Of a stretch of DNA of 64,000 nt, positions 48,631-61,586 are shown piece by piece. The position numbers and the translations under genes are program-made. The notes beneath the pieces were generated by a model. It searched no databases. It was not told where the DNA came from and saw only the letters and a program-made list of their open reading frames with translations. How positions within the stretch are numbered: position 1 is the first letter of the stretch; every line of letters starts with the position of its first letter. The stretch lies in contig OZ024742.1 of assembly GCA_964016885.1 (NCBI GenBank), positions 347,696,001-347,760,000 of the forward strand, read 5' to 3'. The DNA comes from Eledone cirrhosa (lineage: Eukaryota).

Positions 48631-48858
48631 TAAAATTACCCTGTTGCCACTCAGATGTTTGCACATTCCTGTGACCACAGTTTCTATTGTTAGCACTTAA
48701 TACATATTTCTATATTAGATAACTGGTAGTTTGAAATTGAATATTTCTGTTCCCTTCCCACGTAATACTTTTGTTGAGTTCTATATTTGAAACTGTTTCC
48801 TACTTTGTCTACTGTAGGTCTAAACATTGGTAATATTTTACTTAAGAAACTTATACAA

Positions 48859-49171
48859 TCATCATCATCATCACTGTTTTACATCCATTCTTCCACACTA
48901 GCGTGTGTTGTCCTGTTGTGGGCAGTGCTCAGTCAACTGACCTTGTCTTGCTCATACGGGAACTGATTTTGGCTTGATTTCTACAGTTGGATGCTCTTCC
49001 TAACACCAACCTCATTTACAGTGTGGGCTGGCTGCTTTTTTGCAGTGGGAGGGGGTGGGGGCATATTGTCTATATGCTTCAGCTTCGGCTTGTACCCGTG
49101 GGGGCTCGGGTCTTCTGTATTACTGCGTGACACCAGAGGTCACGGTCCTGTGTCATCACTTTTGAAAGGTG
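48859..49171 (-). mobile_element. RTE family B 3' fragment (older)
   Basis: Reverse complement of ~10790-11165; (CAT)n at 48859. Confidence 0.85.
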
Positions 49172-49311
49172 CAGTCAGTTTTGAAATAATCCTCATCATA
49201 GATATCTCAGTAATGTAATGAAATTATATATTTGTATTTGCTACTTTTATACTGAGCTCTTTTTCTTTGTGTTCACAAACCCATGTATATATATATATAT
49301 ATATATATATA

Positions 49312-49824
49312 TCATCATCATCATCATCATCATCGTTTAACGTCCATCTTCCATGCTAGCATGGGTCTGGACGGGAATTGTCCACTTGAGGCAAGATTGG
49401 TTGTCTTGCTCAGGACTGTCTGGCAGGTTTTTCCTACAGCTGGATGCCCTTCCTAACACCAACCACGTTTACAGTGTGGTCTGGCAGGTTTTTACCGTGT
49501 TACCTACACAGCCACATTACAGCGTGGACTGTATTTTTTGCCGTGACACCTACACGACCTCATTTATTTAGGCCTGCATGTTGTGGTACCAACATAGCTT
49601 TACACCGAAAGGGGTGGTGTAGATGTCGGTAGTGGGACGGGGGTGTATTTTGGTTAAGAGGTGCCAACTGACTGTAGGTTTCGCTTTGTACTTAGGCAAG
49701 GCGGGTCTTCTGTATTACTGCGTAGCGCCAAAGTTCTCGGTCCAGTGACATTGTCTTGGAGAGGTGTAAGTGTGTGAAGTCGGATTTTATCAAGTCGTCC
49801 CAGGTTTTTCTGGGTCTGCCTACT
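49312..49824 (-). mobile_element. RTE family A-like 3' fragment
   Basis: Homologous to 3461-4095. Confidence 0.88.
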
Positions 49825-49829
49825 ATATA

Positions 49830-50219
49830 TCATCATTCATCATTTCATTTTACGTCCGCTTTTCCCTGCTTGCAAGGGTGGGACGGGACTGATTCTGGCT
49901 TGATTTCTACAGCTGGATGCCCTTCCTAACACCAACCTCATTTACAGTAAGTGCTGGGTGCTTTTTTTTCGTGGTGCCTACACGTCCACTTTACAGTGTG
50001 GGTTGGGTGCTTTTTTTGCCGTGGCACCTGCACAACCACTTTGCAGAGGAATGATATGGACCCCAGTCCCTATCATCTCATTTCTACAGCTGAGTAAACT
50101 GGAGCAATGTGAAATAAAGTGTCTTGCTCAAGGAAACAACACATCACCCGGTCTGAGAATTGAACTCACAGCCTTTCGATTGCAAGGCCAATGCTCTAAC
50201 CACTAAGCCATGTGCCTCC
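49830..50219 (-). mobile_element. Full-length tRNA/CORE-type SINE with RTE tail
   Basis: Near-identical to 3068-3399 with one extra 3' module. Confidence 0.88.
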
Positions 50220-50249
50220 ATATATATATGTATATATATATATATATAT

Positions 50250-50484
50250 GGAGGCACATTGCTCCAGTTTACTCAGCTGTAGAAATGAGATGATAGGGAC
50301 TGGGGTCCATATCATTCCACTGCAAAGTAGTCGTGGAGGTGCCATGGCAAAAATGCACCCAGCACTCACTGTAAATGAGGTTGGTGTTAGGAAGGGCATC
50401 CAGCTGTAGAAATCAAGCCAGAATCAGTTCCCGTCCACCCTTGCAAGCAGAGAAAAAGCGGACGTAAAATGAAATGATGATGAT
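50250..50484 (+). mobile_element. Same SINE family, head internally deleted
   Basis: GGAGGCACAT joined directly to TGCTCCAGTTTACTC via CACAT microhomology; the rest is the reverse complement of 3068-3290. Confidence 0.85.
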
Positions 50485-51111
50485 ATAATATATAATGTTG
50501 AGTTTCTGTTGGGCATTAAATTGCAAGTGGCTAAGCACTCCACTGATATGTGCACCCTTAATGTAGAGATTTATTGTGACAGTGTGACAAGGCTAACCCT
50601 TTGAATTACATTTACAACTTATTTTTACCAGCTGAGTGGACTGGAACAATGTGAACTAAAGTGTCTTGTTGAAGGACACAATATACCACCAGGAAGTGGG
50701 TTTTACACCTTTATCTGTCCACATACATCATCATACAGCTGTTTTTCATACGGGGGTGGGGGGTGGGGTGAACCATGTTTTGACTCTTCAGTTTCATATT
50801 CAACATGGTGCTTAAAAGTCTTCTAACATAAATTTGTATAGGAATATTACATTGTTATTATTTTTGTAATGAAATAATTAATAATTTTAGTAAATCCCTC
50901 AATATTCTTCATTGATTATTTAAAATTGAGTGTATTTCATTAGAAATGTGGTCATGAAAGAAGTTTGCATCACAATCATGAGTTTCCTCAGATAGACCCA
51001 GGCAGGCAGATTGAAACTGCATGTAAACTTGTTTGATGGATTCTGCCTGTAATTCAAAGGTCCAGCCTTGTCATATACTGTCATGCACATTCAACTTGGT
51101 AATTGCTTTAA

Positions 51112-51306
51112 CCCTTTATCATTTACATTACTATTGTATTTTCCTGGTAAACGCTTTGCCTCACATAATATCAAATCTATGAGATTTTGATGTTATTTAT
51201 TTTGAGAACAATACCATAACATCAGTATGAGTGGCCAGTTACAACCAGTTTGAACAGAAAGAGTTGGGATTTCTGGCTGGATATGCCCGGTTTAAATGCT
51301 AAAGGG
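51112..51306 (-). mobile_element. piggyBac-derived MITE (195 bp)
   Basis: TTAA both sides; CCCTTTA...CTAAAGGG; ends match those of 37559-38548 in reverse orientation. Confidence 0.8.
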
Positions 51307-53420
51307 TTAAATTTAATAAAATAACTAAATTTCTCATTAAGCTGGTGTTTGCAACATAACTTAAAAGGTTCTTGCATAAAATTATGGTGGACAATTTTTG
51401 ATTAATTGTGGAATTGGTGGTGTTTTCAGGTGGTTGTAATATCCAACGATCACCTGACCCAGCTTGCCTCAAATGGGACCCCTGCCTAACCCATGCTAGC
51501 GTGGAAAATAGACTTTAAATAACAATGATGATGATGATACCTGTAACTCCTGGTGGGCTTGTAGGGCATTTTAAATCTAATAGAACCCACCTTCTCCAGG
51601 TGATTTTTTTTCTGAGGAGTGAGAGTGCTAGAGAAAAAGTCAGAAAGAGACCTAGAGGAAGAATTGACTCCACTTCTTGACTGCTACTTTTTTTTTTTTT
51701 TTTTTACTCCAGAAGGATGAATGGAAAGGTTGACCGTGACAGAATTTGAACCTAAAGTACAGGACTGGAACAACTACTGCAAAGCATGTTCTAATGATTC
51801 TGCCAATTCATCACCTATACCTACATGTGGAATACTCAGCCACTTACATGTTAATTTAACAAGTTGGTCTTTGATTTCATTGGTTTCAATGAGCATTCAG
51901 TTAGTTATTCAATGAAGGATTCATCAATATCTTAATTATCTCTAATGCCATTTGATAACCACCCTGAGTAGTCAGTCTATAAATAACACCCCCTCCAATA
52001 ATTCATGCCAAATGTCTAAACTTTCTATTTTATCTAAGCCAGGTCATTCAGGTGTTTTCTTTGCTACAGCTGCAAGAAATTTACTTTGTAAAGAACTAAT
52101 CTACTTTGAATTTTATTTAAAAGATGGGGGGAAAAGGTGAAATTAAATTTACAGCTCACACCTATGTAGGTTTAGCTGGCCTTAGAGGTTATATCTTGAG
52201 TGTTTTAATGATAGGGAATTGAGTCCTATCATGAAAAGAAACATGAAATGAAATGCTTTGCTCAAGAATACAACACACTACCTGATCTAATAATTGAACT
52301 TCAGACTTAATGATTTTAAGTCAAAACTCTAACCACTTGGCCACATGGTTTCACTCCTTTGTGTTTTTAGTGTAAATTCTCCCTTTTAAAACAGTTGTGG
52401 GAGTTGCTATCACTATGGGAAATTGAAATATTCAATACCACATCTAATATGTGGTTATGTTTTGTGTTTTCCCCTGTCTTATGAAATTCCTTCAAGTTTT
52501 CAGTCACTATTACTGAATGTGAAGCTGATGTGTTTCAAATGTAAATAGTTATCAAAATCTCTATAATAATGGATTGGGTTGGATTATTTTGCTTGTCTGT
52601 CATACAAATACTATGGCTGCACAATAAAAATAAAAATTAAAAATGTTCATTTAGAATTCATGTTAAAACTTTTGCAGTTCTTTTATCCACTAAGATCATG
52701 GGAGAGCAAGAGGCTTTCTCCAGGTCAACAAATGCTAGGTAGAGGAGCTTACTCTTAGTTAAGTATTGTGGTAATACATGACCTTGAATTTTACAAAGAT
52801 TAGAAAGAAATGAAACTAGTATGCTCCATTGGATATGTAATTGCAGTGTGCATGAAACCTAGGAAAACTAGGTGATGTAGTAAAGGTTGAATTTCTGAAG
52901 CTAAATCTCACAAGAGATAACACCAGATTAAGTTGACTGGTGATATACTGTACTATAGCTGACCTGCCCATATGAGTGGGATGAAACATGCAGAGATATT
53001 TAGCAACAATTTTAGGTCTCCACTTACCGATATGCCTTGCCACTTAGGGGTTGGGGGCCAATTCACATCCCCAATTCCTCCTCCATCTAACCTATTCTAG
53101 CGTAGAAAGATGGTGCCCCCCCCCCCCCTCAAGATCACCTACTTTGATTCAACACTCAACCCCTTCCCCATCTTTAATCCCCCACCCCAAACACCACCTC
53201 CATGACCCAACCCTTACTCATTGCTGATTTCTCTTCCTCATCCGGCCATGCCCACATTGAAAGACAGATTCACTTCACAATGTACTGCCAGGTTTCACTC
53301 ATTCTCTTTGAAGCCACCTTTCTCTCTCAACTCTTTAGACAAAAAACATGGCTTCCCTGTCTTGCTGTGGACACTCAACTGCTGCCACAATAAAATGGCA
53401 TTTAGCCCACACTATAGAGC

Positions 53421-53740
53421 AATAGTGCTGGTGTCACAATGAAAAAGCACCTAGTCCCTTGTTGGGTGGTAGTGTTGGTGTCACAATAAAAAGCACCCAC
53501 TCCCCTCTGTCAAGTGGTAGTGCTGGTGTCAAAATAAAAAGCACCCAGTCCCTTCTGTCAGGTGGTTGTGCTGGTGCTATGATAAAAAGCACCTGTCACA
53601 CACTATCAAGTGGTAGTGTTAAGAAAGGTATCCAGTGATAGAAACCATGCCATACTGTAATGTATTATTAGTAAGACAGTCATTTGACCTGTTCTACCCT
53701 CTCAACATGACAGCTCAGTTAACCCATGCAAGCATGGGAA
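53421..53740 (+). repeat. Four tandem ~50-bp GGTG..AAAAAGCACC modules followed by a decayed RTE-type tail
   Basis: GTGGTAGTGCTGGTGTCACAATAAAAAGCACCCAGTCCC-like unit x4, then AAGGTATCCAG...CCCATGCAAGCATGG. Confidence 0.7.
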
Positions 53741-56012
53741 ATAAACATGACATTAAAACACTTATTGTTCCTAGAAATTTGCTGGTTTTGTGTAGTGTGA
53801 TTACATAACTAGGTGACACACACACACTGTTTATAAACAGTAGTGTTTTTTCGTAGTTTATTAAAATAAACTAATTATACGTGATTTTAAATATACAGCT
53901 ATGCTTATACAAGGCCTCGTGTATAGTTTATATGTATATATCATCATCATTTTAAGTCCGCTTTTAACTCCTACTGTGGACAGATTTTGGGGGTTATAAG
54001 TGCATCTTGCACACCCCAAAATATGGGGGGTTTGTGTGTGTATGTATATGTATGTGTATACACACATACGCGTGCGTGTGTGTGTGTGCATATGCTTAAC
54101 ATTGTTTATATATATATATATCCCTAGTGTTTTTTGGATTGAATGTAATGTGATCTCTAAGGAAGATGTTTGGTATTTTTGTGTATCTGTGTTATGTGTG
54201 CTGTTCTTTGATGGCTAATTTCAGAAAATTGTCTGATAAGAATGTTTGCCTTTGATGTCTGTTGTTTTAGTGTAGTCTTGGAGTTATTGATACACCAACT
54301 ACTTTCTTTATAGGAAATTGTTTGCTTTGTTATTTTCTCTACTATATATCATTATTTAACGTCCATTTTCCACGCTAGCATGGGTAAGACTGCTGTCTCG
54401 TGAGAGAATTAGGTCAGAGACCATGTTGTCCTCACACAGAACTGATTTTGGCTTGGTTTTTATGGCTAGATGCCCTTCCTAACACCAACCACATTTATGT
54501 GTATGCTGGGTGCTTTTTGTCATGACACCTACACAACCACTTTACAGAGTGAACTGGCCGCTTGTTGTCATAGCTCTAGGACGACCACATTATGGTGTGG
54601 AAGATGCATGGGGAATTGGGGAGGTGTATTGGAGGGAAGGTGGTACATACTAGATGTATGCCTCAGCTCCTGCATATGGGAGGGCGAGTCATCTGTATTG
54701 CTGCATAGCACCAGTTGTTTTTCTGCTTATGATGTCCCGTTTTTTTCCTTTTTGATGTTACTTTTCATATCTTATGTTGCTATTAGTATAATACTTTGAA
54801 CATAACTCTGCTTTTATTGATTTGTCTATTTCAGTTGTGTAATTGAAATTGTTATAGTGCTGTTTGGAATGTTAGAGTGTGAGGCCTACTGGTTAGGAAT
54901 TTGAACTCACAATCATAAGGCCATGGGTTTGATTCCTAGACTGGGCAGCACATTGTGTTCTTGAGCATGATATTTAATTTTATGTTGCTATTTATGATAG
55001 GCCTCTATTAATAAAACACTCAAGAAACTTTCTGTGAGACCAACCTCGCAGGAGGCCAGCTAAACCTGCATAAGTGTGAATTGTAAATTTAATTTTTTTT
55101 TCCTTCTATATTTGTTATATATATGTTATACTTGGATTCCCAACTGTTTTCACAACATAAATTTGGACTTATCCTGTTTTCTTCAGTAGTTTGAGCTTAC
55201 ATCTTTACCATAATACTTTGAATTTTGGGAGATTAACTAAAATCATTATTTCATTACTTAGAAAATAACTTAATATATGGTTCTTATATAATATTCAAAT
55301 TAAAATCCTCCACAATAAGAAAACTTTACTGCCAAACAGCTTGTAGTGATTTAATAGAAAATATCTAAAAATGAGTTTACTTCAAAAGTTTATATCTGTA
55401 CAACTGCAGAAATTGTGAAAATTTACAGTAAACTAAGGACTTTTCAAGAAAGTCTTGATAAAGTGCTTTCATGCAGTACATGACATTATTAAAATAAAGC
55501 ACCAGTAATACACTGGGATAATTGCTGGCCTTGTGCCAAAAGTAGAAACAATTATTATGAGTAAAAAAAATAAATGAGTAAATGTTACCTGGAATTTAAT
55601 TGGTTGTATTAAAAACTATTAAATTATTATTAATATTGGTGGGTTAGCAGTATCAGAGTGTCGGACAACATGCTTTGCCGCATATAGTTATGGCCCTTTA
55701 TTTTCTGAGTTTAAATCTTGCCGAGGTTAGGTTTGCTTTTCATCCTTAAGGGGTCAATAAAATAAAGTACTAGTACACACTAAGGTCAATTTAGTTCATA
55801 TTCTCCTTGCATTCAAATTGCTGGCCTTGTGTCAAATGTAGAAACAATTATTATTATGACTCCCCCACGTCCTGTTAATGTAAACCCTGTGTGACTAATA
55901 AAGAAAACATTATTAGTAGTAGTAGCAGCCGTAGTCGTCGTAGTAATTTGAAATGTTCATGTTTATTAAACACCATATCTTAGCAGAAATCTTGCAAATG
56001 GGTTTCCATATT

Positions 56013-56724
56013 GATGTGTAACAGTAATATACGTGAACGGCAAAGCATAAACGAACTAAGGAATAAATTAGAGATAAGAGGGATCAGATGTTGTTTACTC
56101 GAGAGAAGGCTACGTTGGTATGGACACGTGATGCGCATGAAAGTCGATAGCTGTATAACAAAGTGCAGGGCAATAAAGATAGACGGTAGTCACGGAATAG
56201 GCAGACCTAGAAAAACCTGGGACGAGCTGATAAACTCCGACATCACACACTTACACCTCTCCAAGACAATGTCACTGGACCGAGACCTTTGGCGGTACTC
56301 AGTAACAGAGAAGACCCGCCTTACCTAAATATATAGTAAAACCTACTCCAGCCAGTAGGCATCTCTAACAAATACACCCCGTCCCACCACCCCCACCCGA
56401 TCCACACCACCCCGTTCTATGTAAAGTTATGTTGGTGCCGCGCCATCGAGGCCGAAACAAATGAGATCGTGTAGGTGTCACGACAAAAAAACACACAGTC
56501 CACGCTGTAATGTGGCCGTGTAGGCAACACGGTAAAAACCTCCCAGACCCACACTGTAAATGTGGTTGGTGTTAGGAAGGGCATCCAACTGTAGAAAACC
56601 TGCCAGACAGTCCTATGCGAGCAAGACAATCACTCTTGCCTCAAGTGGGACTACCCCCGTCCAAACCCATGCAAGCGTGGAACACGGACGTTAAACGCTG
56701 ATGATGATGATGATGATGATGATG
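56013..56724 (+). mobile_element. RTE family A' 3' fragment (young)
   Basis: ORF 56011..56328 and 3'UTR nearly identical to 20308-21015; (GAT)n tail. Confidence 0.92.
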
Positions 56725-57219
56725 TGATATAGTTTAGTTAATGTATGTGTTATTTTGAATTCAATTGTGTTTAAATGACTTTTCATACCTGTTATTTCTA
56801 CTGCTGACATTAGAATGAGGAAAATATAAACATATGCCATTACTTAGAGACAGTATACAGCAAGTTGAGTTCAATTCCAGGACTGTTCTTGAGTAAGACA
56901 CTTTATTTCACATTGCTTTTCATGATGAGATAGGCTGCCGCCATCATTATATCACCCAAGAAACCTCCCATGGAATACAACCTCAAATGAGGCCAGCTAA
57001 ACCTGTATATGTGTGGGCTGAAAATTTCATTTATTTATTTTTTCCACATTGGAAAGAGACTTGACAAAAGACACAGGATGGTTGAAACTGATGTATGAAT
57101 TGGTTTATAAACTGGACAATTGAAGCAGTCAATCAATGTACATTTATAACTAATTAATGGCTTTATTGATTCTAAGGATTGCCATGGCTATATTTGGCAA
57201 AATCACTTGAAAGTTGAAG

Positions 57220-57530
57220 GCATGTGACTTAGTGGTTAGGGTGTTTGGTTCATGATTGTAAGGTCATGAGTTCAATCTCTGGTAGTGAATTGTCTTCTTG
57301 AACAAGACACTTTTATTGCATGCTGCTCCAGTCAACTCAGCTGGCAAAAGTGTGCTGTGCCTGTAATTCAAAGGACTTGCTTTGTTGCACACTGTCAATC
57401 TGAATCTCCCTGAGATCAATGTCAAGGATTCATGTGTTTGTAGAATGCTCAGCCACTTGTATGTTATATTGACAAGTAGGCTGTTTTATTAATTGAATCA
57501 CCTGGAACACTGTTGGAAGTGACAGAGGTC
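57220..57530 (+). mobile_element. tRNA/CORE-type SINE, third subfamily (related copies near 50515-50690 -, 63040-63262)
   Basis: TGACTTAGTGG A box, GAGTTCAATCT B box, CTTGAACAAGACACT, GTAATTCAAAG...CTGAATCTCCCT...GCTCAGCCACTTG. Confidence 0.7.
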
Positions 57531-58357
57531 CTAAAATCTAATTTATCACTTAAAACCTACAATGTCTTTGATAAATAAATCATTAATCAATATGTGGATG
57601 GTATAGTTGACTTGTCAAGCTGTCTCTATCAGTAAAATATATTTTTATCTCATGAATAACGAGAACATTGATTTTTTAAGGATGGTTGTAGTAACGGTTA
57701 ACACCTTTATATTATATTGATATACAATAAACAATGAGTATTGTATCGGGCATCGCATCAGCAGCAGCATTTTCAACTCTACTTCTCTCACTTTTTTTTC
57801 CATGGAAAGGTGTGTGGTTTAGTGGTTAGGGTGTTGTGAGCCTGATTCGTCGATCATGTGATACATTGTTTTCTTGAACAAAGTGCTTAATTCTATGTTG
57901 CTTTTCAAGATAGGACAGAGTCTGCATAACATTCAACATTAAGTCTTGAATCTAGTTTCCTGCAAATTTTCACAATGATCTTCAGTTCACTAGTAAGAGA
58001 TGTTATCAATATTTGATTGAACAAACTCATTTGTAGATATCTTCTGCTAAATCATTACAGGATGTAAAGTTAAACCCCTCCAATTTGATGCAACTTCATA
58101 GGAGGCCAGCTAAACCTGCATAGCTAATGCTGGTATGGGTTGTACAATACGGCTCTGCTTATCATTAACTGTTAATGCCTTCTACCATATAAAACCCTTT
58201 AGTTAGACAGTCTTGGGAATTTACTGCAACCTCATCGGAGGCCAGCTAATCCTACATAGCTAATGCTGATATGGGTTGTACAATACTTTTCAGAGTAGTT
58301 TTCTATCCTGTAGGATGACATTTCTGACACCAACCTATATATTATTATGTATTCTAT

Positions 58358-58527
58358 ATAATTGTTTCTACTATTGGCACAAGGCCAACAATTAACCAGT
58401 ACATTACTGGTACTTTATTTTATTGACCCTGTAAGGATGAAAGGCAAAGTTAACCTCGGGGGGATTTGAACTCAGAATGACAAGGGCCGTAACTCTATGC
58501 GTCAAAGCATGGCGTCCGATACTGCCA
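58358..58527 (-). mobile_element. tRNA-derived SINE (GCCTTTCATCC domain family)
   Basis: Reverse complement of the unit at 48434-48620. Confidence 0.75.
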
Positions 58528-59270
58528 TTAAACAGTTGTAGAGCGCTTGCTTTTTAAACAGTGCCACCTGGTCACACTCAAGGGTGCCATAGTTTCCCCT
58601 CTATGGAATTCACTGATAAGGCATAAGACTATAGTAGGACACTTGCCCAAGGTGCCATGCAGTAGGATTATATCAGAAGCCACATGGTTATATAACAAAC
58701 TTCTCAACCACACAGTCATGTTATAGCTAAAAAGTTTTAGTAGGAGCCCTTAGTGCAGGTCCTGAGCAATATTGAACCCCCAACCAGCCTGTTTCTTTGC
58801 TACTGTCTACATATCTCTTTACTTATAACACCACACGACAATGAACAAGGCACAACATATAGGTGTATGTTATATAACCCACTAATATCCAGCAGTACCA
58901 ACTGCCCCTAGAATTAAGCAACCAGCCTGAGATAGTTTTGATACCAAACTATCTGAAACTGCTCCTGGTTCTAGAATGTTAAGATGTTCATTTTAACTCT
59001 TAATGTCCTGTACTGCACGAAACCACATAAGACATTCTTGAAAAGTACAACACTATTGTAAATTTTCACGACGATCTGTCCACTAGTAAACTTACTATAA
59101 CTATAAAAAACACCAGCTTAATGAATAATTCTTGATTTTCAAAATTATTTGAAAATCATAAGTATTGTCTTTTATTAGAAAGATGTAATTAAAGGGTTAA
59201 AACCCCTGTTGTTGTATGTCTTCACGTGTTCAAATGATATATTATATTTTTCTTTTCTATAATTTTTCAG

Positions 59271-59483
59271 CCCATAGTGAAAATGGCACAGTTCATATAT
59301 CCTTTGCCAAATGCCCAGACTGCAGCAGCTTATCCGGCTGCTCAAACTGCATATGTTGCAGCACCCCAGGCAGCTTATGCTACTGCTGCTCCTAGAGCTG
59401 GACAATCGGCCTATGATAGTTACCAGACAGCCCATGCTGCTCCACAGTATGCTTATACAACAAGAACTCAAGTTGCTGTCACT
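59271..59483 (+). CDS. ZFR: Coding exon of zinc finger RNA-binding protein (ZFR/Zn72D-like), Ala/Tyr/Gln-rich N-terminus; probable ATG at 59283
   Basis: Acceptor TTTTTCAG|, donor ACT|GTATGT, 213 bp phase 0; MAQFIYPLPNAQTAAAY...AYDSYQTAHAAPQYAYTTRTQ resembles the vertebrate ZFR segment [20 protein letters not shown] (from memory). Confidence 0.78.
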
Positions 59484-60424
59484 GTATGTATCATTCAACT
59501 TAAATTTCAATTTGATATTTGTACATTTGTATTTCTCATTTAACTCTTAATGTTTTTCCAGTCTCTATATTAACTTTTAAACTGAATATATTCTTAAATT
59601 GAAAACTGAAAATAATCCATTTTACCTATTACTTGAATAAATTGGAAACAGAAAAAAAGTAGATGGATGTGTATCTCTGTCCACCCCTTTTTCTGTTTCC
59701 AAAGGTGATTGACCTGATTTATTTGGCTATTTTATAGTTAATACATGCATTGTGGCAGCATTTCATTGGAAAAGCAAATAGATTTTGAATTTTTAAACTT
59801 GCCCAATATCTTTGTAAATATATCAGCTTGTAATCTATTTTATCGTGTGTGTGTGTGTTGGAATAGTAATTTCCTGCTAGTAGCATCTATATTTGGGTTG
59901 GTTTCTGACAGCATCCACTCCAATATCTGTCTGATCAGATTTAGAATAGGTATACTGTATCCCTCTGTCTTAAGAGATGACCAAAAGGATTAGCACCAAG
60001 ACAATCATCCAGCTATAAAATATTGCCTCAAAAGGGGTCCCTCTATGTTGAGTATGAAGCCTATCATGGGGCCCCCAGAAGATTTAACACCTGCTTTAAC
60101 AGGGAAAATGACCTAAACTGTCTGAAACTGACCCTAGTTTTATGGTAGAGAACTATTTAAACCTTTCATCAACATTTTATATAAAAAGCTTTTACGTTCC
60201 AAACATCAGACTAAATAATGAGAAAGTTATATAGCCTATCCTGTCTCAGAATGTAATGGCCCAGCTAACGTATGCCAGTGTAGAAAAAGGGGGATGATGG
60301 TAAGAGTGAGAGAGTGCAGTGGTAACACTATTATTTGATTTTAAAAAAAAAATTTTTTTAAATCTTATGCTGTAACAAGTTTTTATTGAAAAGGGAAAGT
60401 TCCTAAATGTAATTGCAAATTCTA

Positions 60425-60920
60425 TTTGCTAAAATAAGGACAGTTTGGAAGAAACTTAGGGAACTGTTACCTCTGCTAACAACAAAAGGTTTCTACCTAC
60501 AAATGAAATGTCGGCTGTATGATGCATGTGTGCAAAGTGTCACATTGTATAGTTGTGAGTTATAGTGAACACAAAACATGCGGAGGCTGGAGAGAAATGA
60601 GGCAAGCATGCTTCTATGGATGTGCAATGCTAATGTGAGAGAACAACAAAACATGGATGAACTGAGGGAGAAACTGGGGAGAAGAGGAATCAGAAGTAGT
60701 GTGCAGGAGAGGAGATTGCATTGGTATGGACATGTGATGTGCATAGATGATGGTCACTGGGTGAAGTGCCAAGTAATCCCAGTGGAAGTAAGCCACAGTA
60801 GAGGAAAACCTGGAACCTGGATGGAAGAGATGACAAAGGAACCTGACAGGTGGAGAGATACTGTAGAGGACCTGCCCAACCCATGCAAGCATGAAACAAT
60901 GGACGTAAAGTGATGATGAT
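60425..60920 (+). mobile_element. Decayed RTE 3' fragment
   Basis: [16 protein letters not shown]...VQERRLHWYGHVM, tail GGACGTAAAGTGATGAT. Confidence 0.8.
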
Positions 60921-61465
60921 AGTTTTTTCCCTCGTACGTCTCGCTCATGGAATTCTTTTCTGACTTCTTGCTTTCCTCAGTACTACAATTAGCAAAAATT
61001 CAAAAGCAACACCAAGCTATCTCTTTCCTTGGATTATGTTCTGTTTGTCTTGTCCTTTTCTCTTCTCTGTGACCCTTTGCATTTAGTGGCTTTATTGCTT
61101 TGCTTGGGGTGAGTAACAAAAAATTGGCAGGGGTTTTTTCATACAAAATTACCCATTTTAAAGGGTTCCTATTTAAATTTAAATCTTTCAACATAAGAAC
61201 CAGTGAGTTTAATTTAACAAATATATATATATGAAATAATTAATAATTTAAGTAAATCCCTCTGAATTCTTCATTAATTCTAATAGTGTGTATTTAACTA
61301 GATATTGTTGTGAAAGGGTTAAAATCGCAATGATTATTTATATTTCGTAATTGTTTTGAATTAAACTGAAATTTCCATGGGGTCAGTTAGGATGTAGACA
61401 TCTATTATTACTTAATAAACAACAACAATAATGATGATGATGACCATGGTGTTTCTGTTTTGCAG

Positions 61466-61586
61466 CCTGCTGTGACTTACGATCAAACTAAAGCTTACTA
61501 CCAACCTACTCAAGGTGTAGCAGCAGCAGCAGCAGCAGCTGCTGCTGTAGCTTCTTACACTGCTGCAGAAACACATTACCAAGCTG
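61466..61586 (+). CDS. ZFR: Next coding exon of the ZFR-like gene (with poly-Ala from a GCA repeat)
   Basis: Acceptor GTTTTGCAG|, donor CTG|GTATGT, phase-compatible with the previous exon; PAVTYDQTKAYYQPTQGVAAAAAAAAAVASYTAAETHYQA resembles ZFR [25 protein letters not shown]...AETYYQ. Confidence 0.8.
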
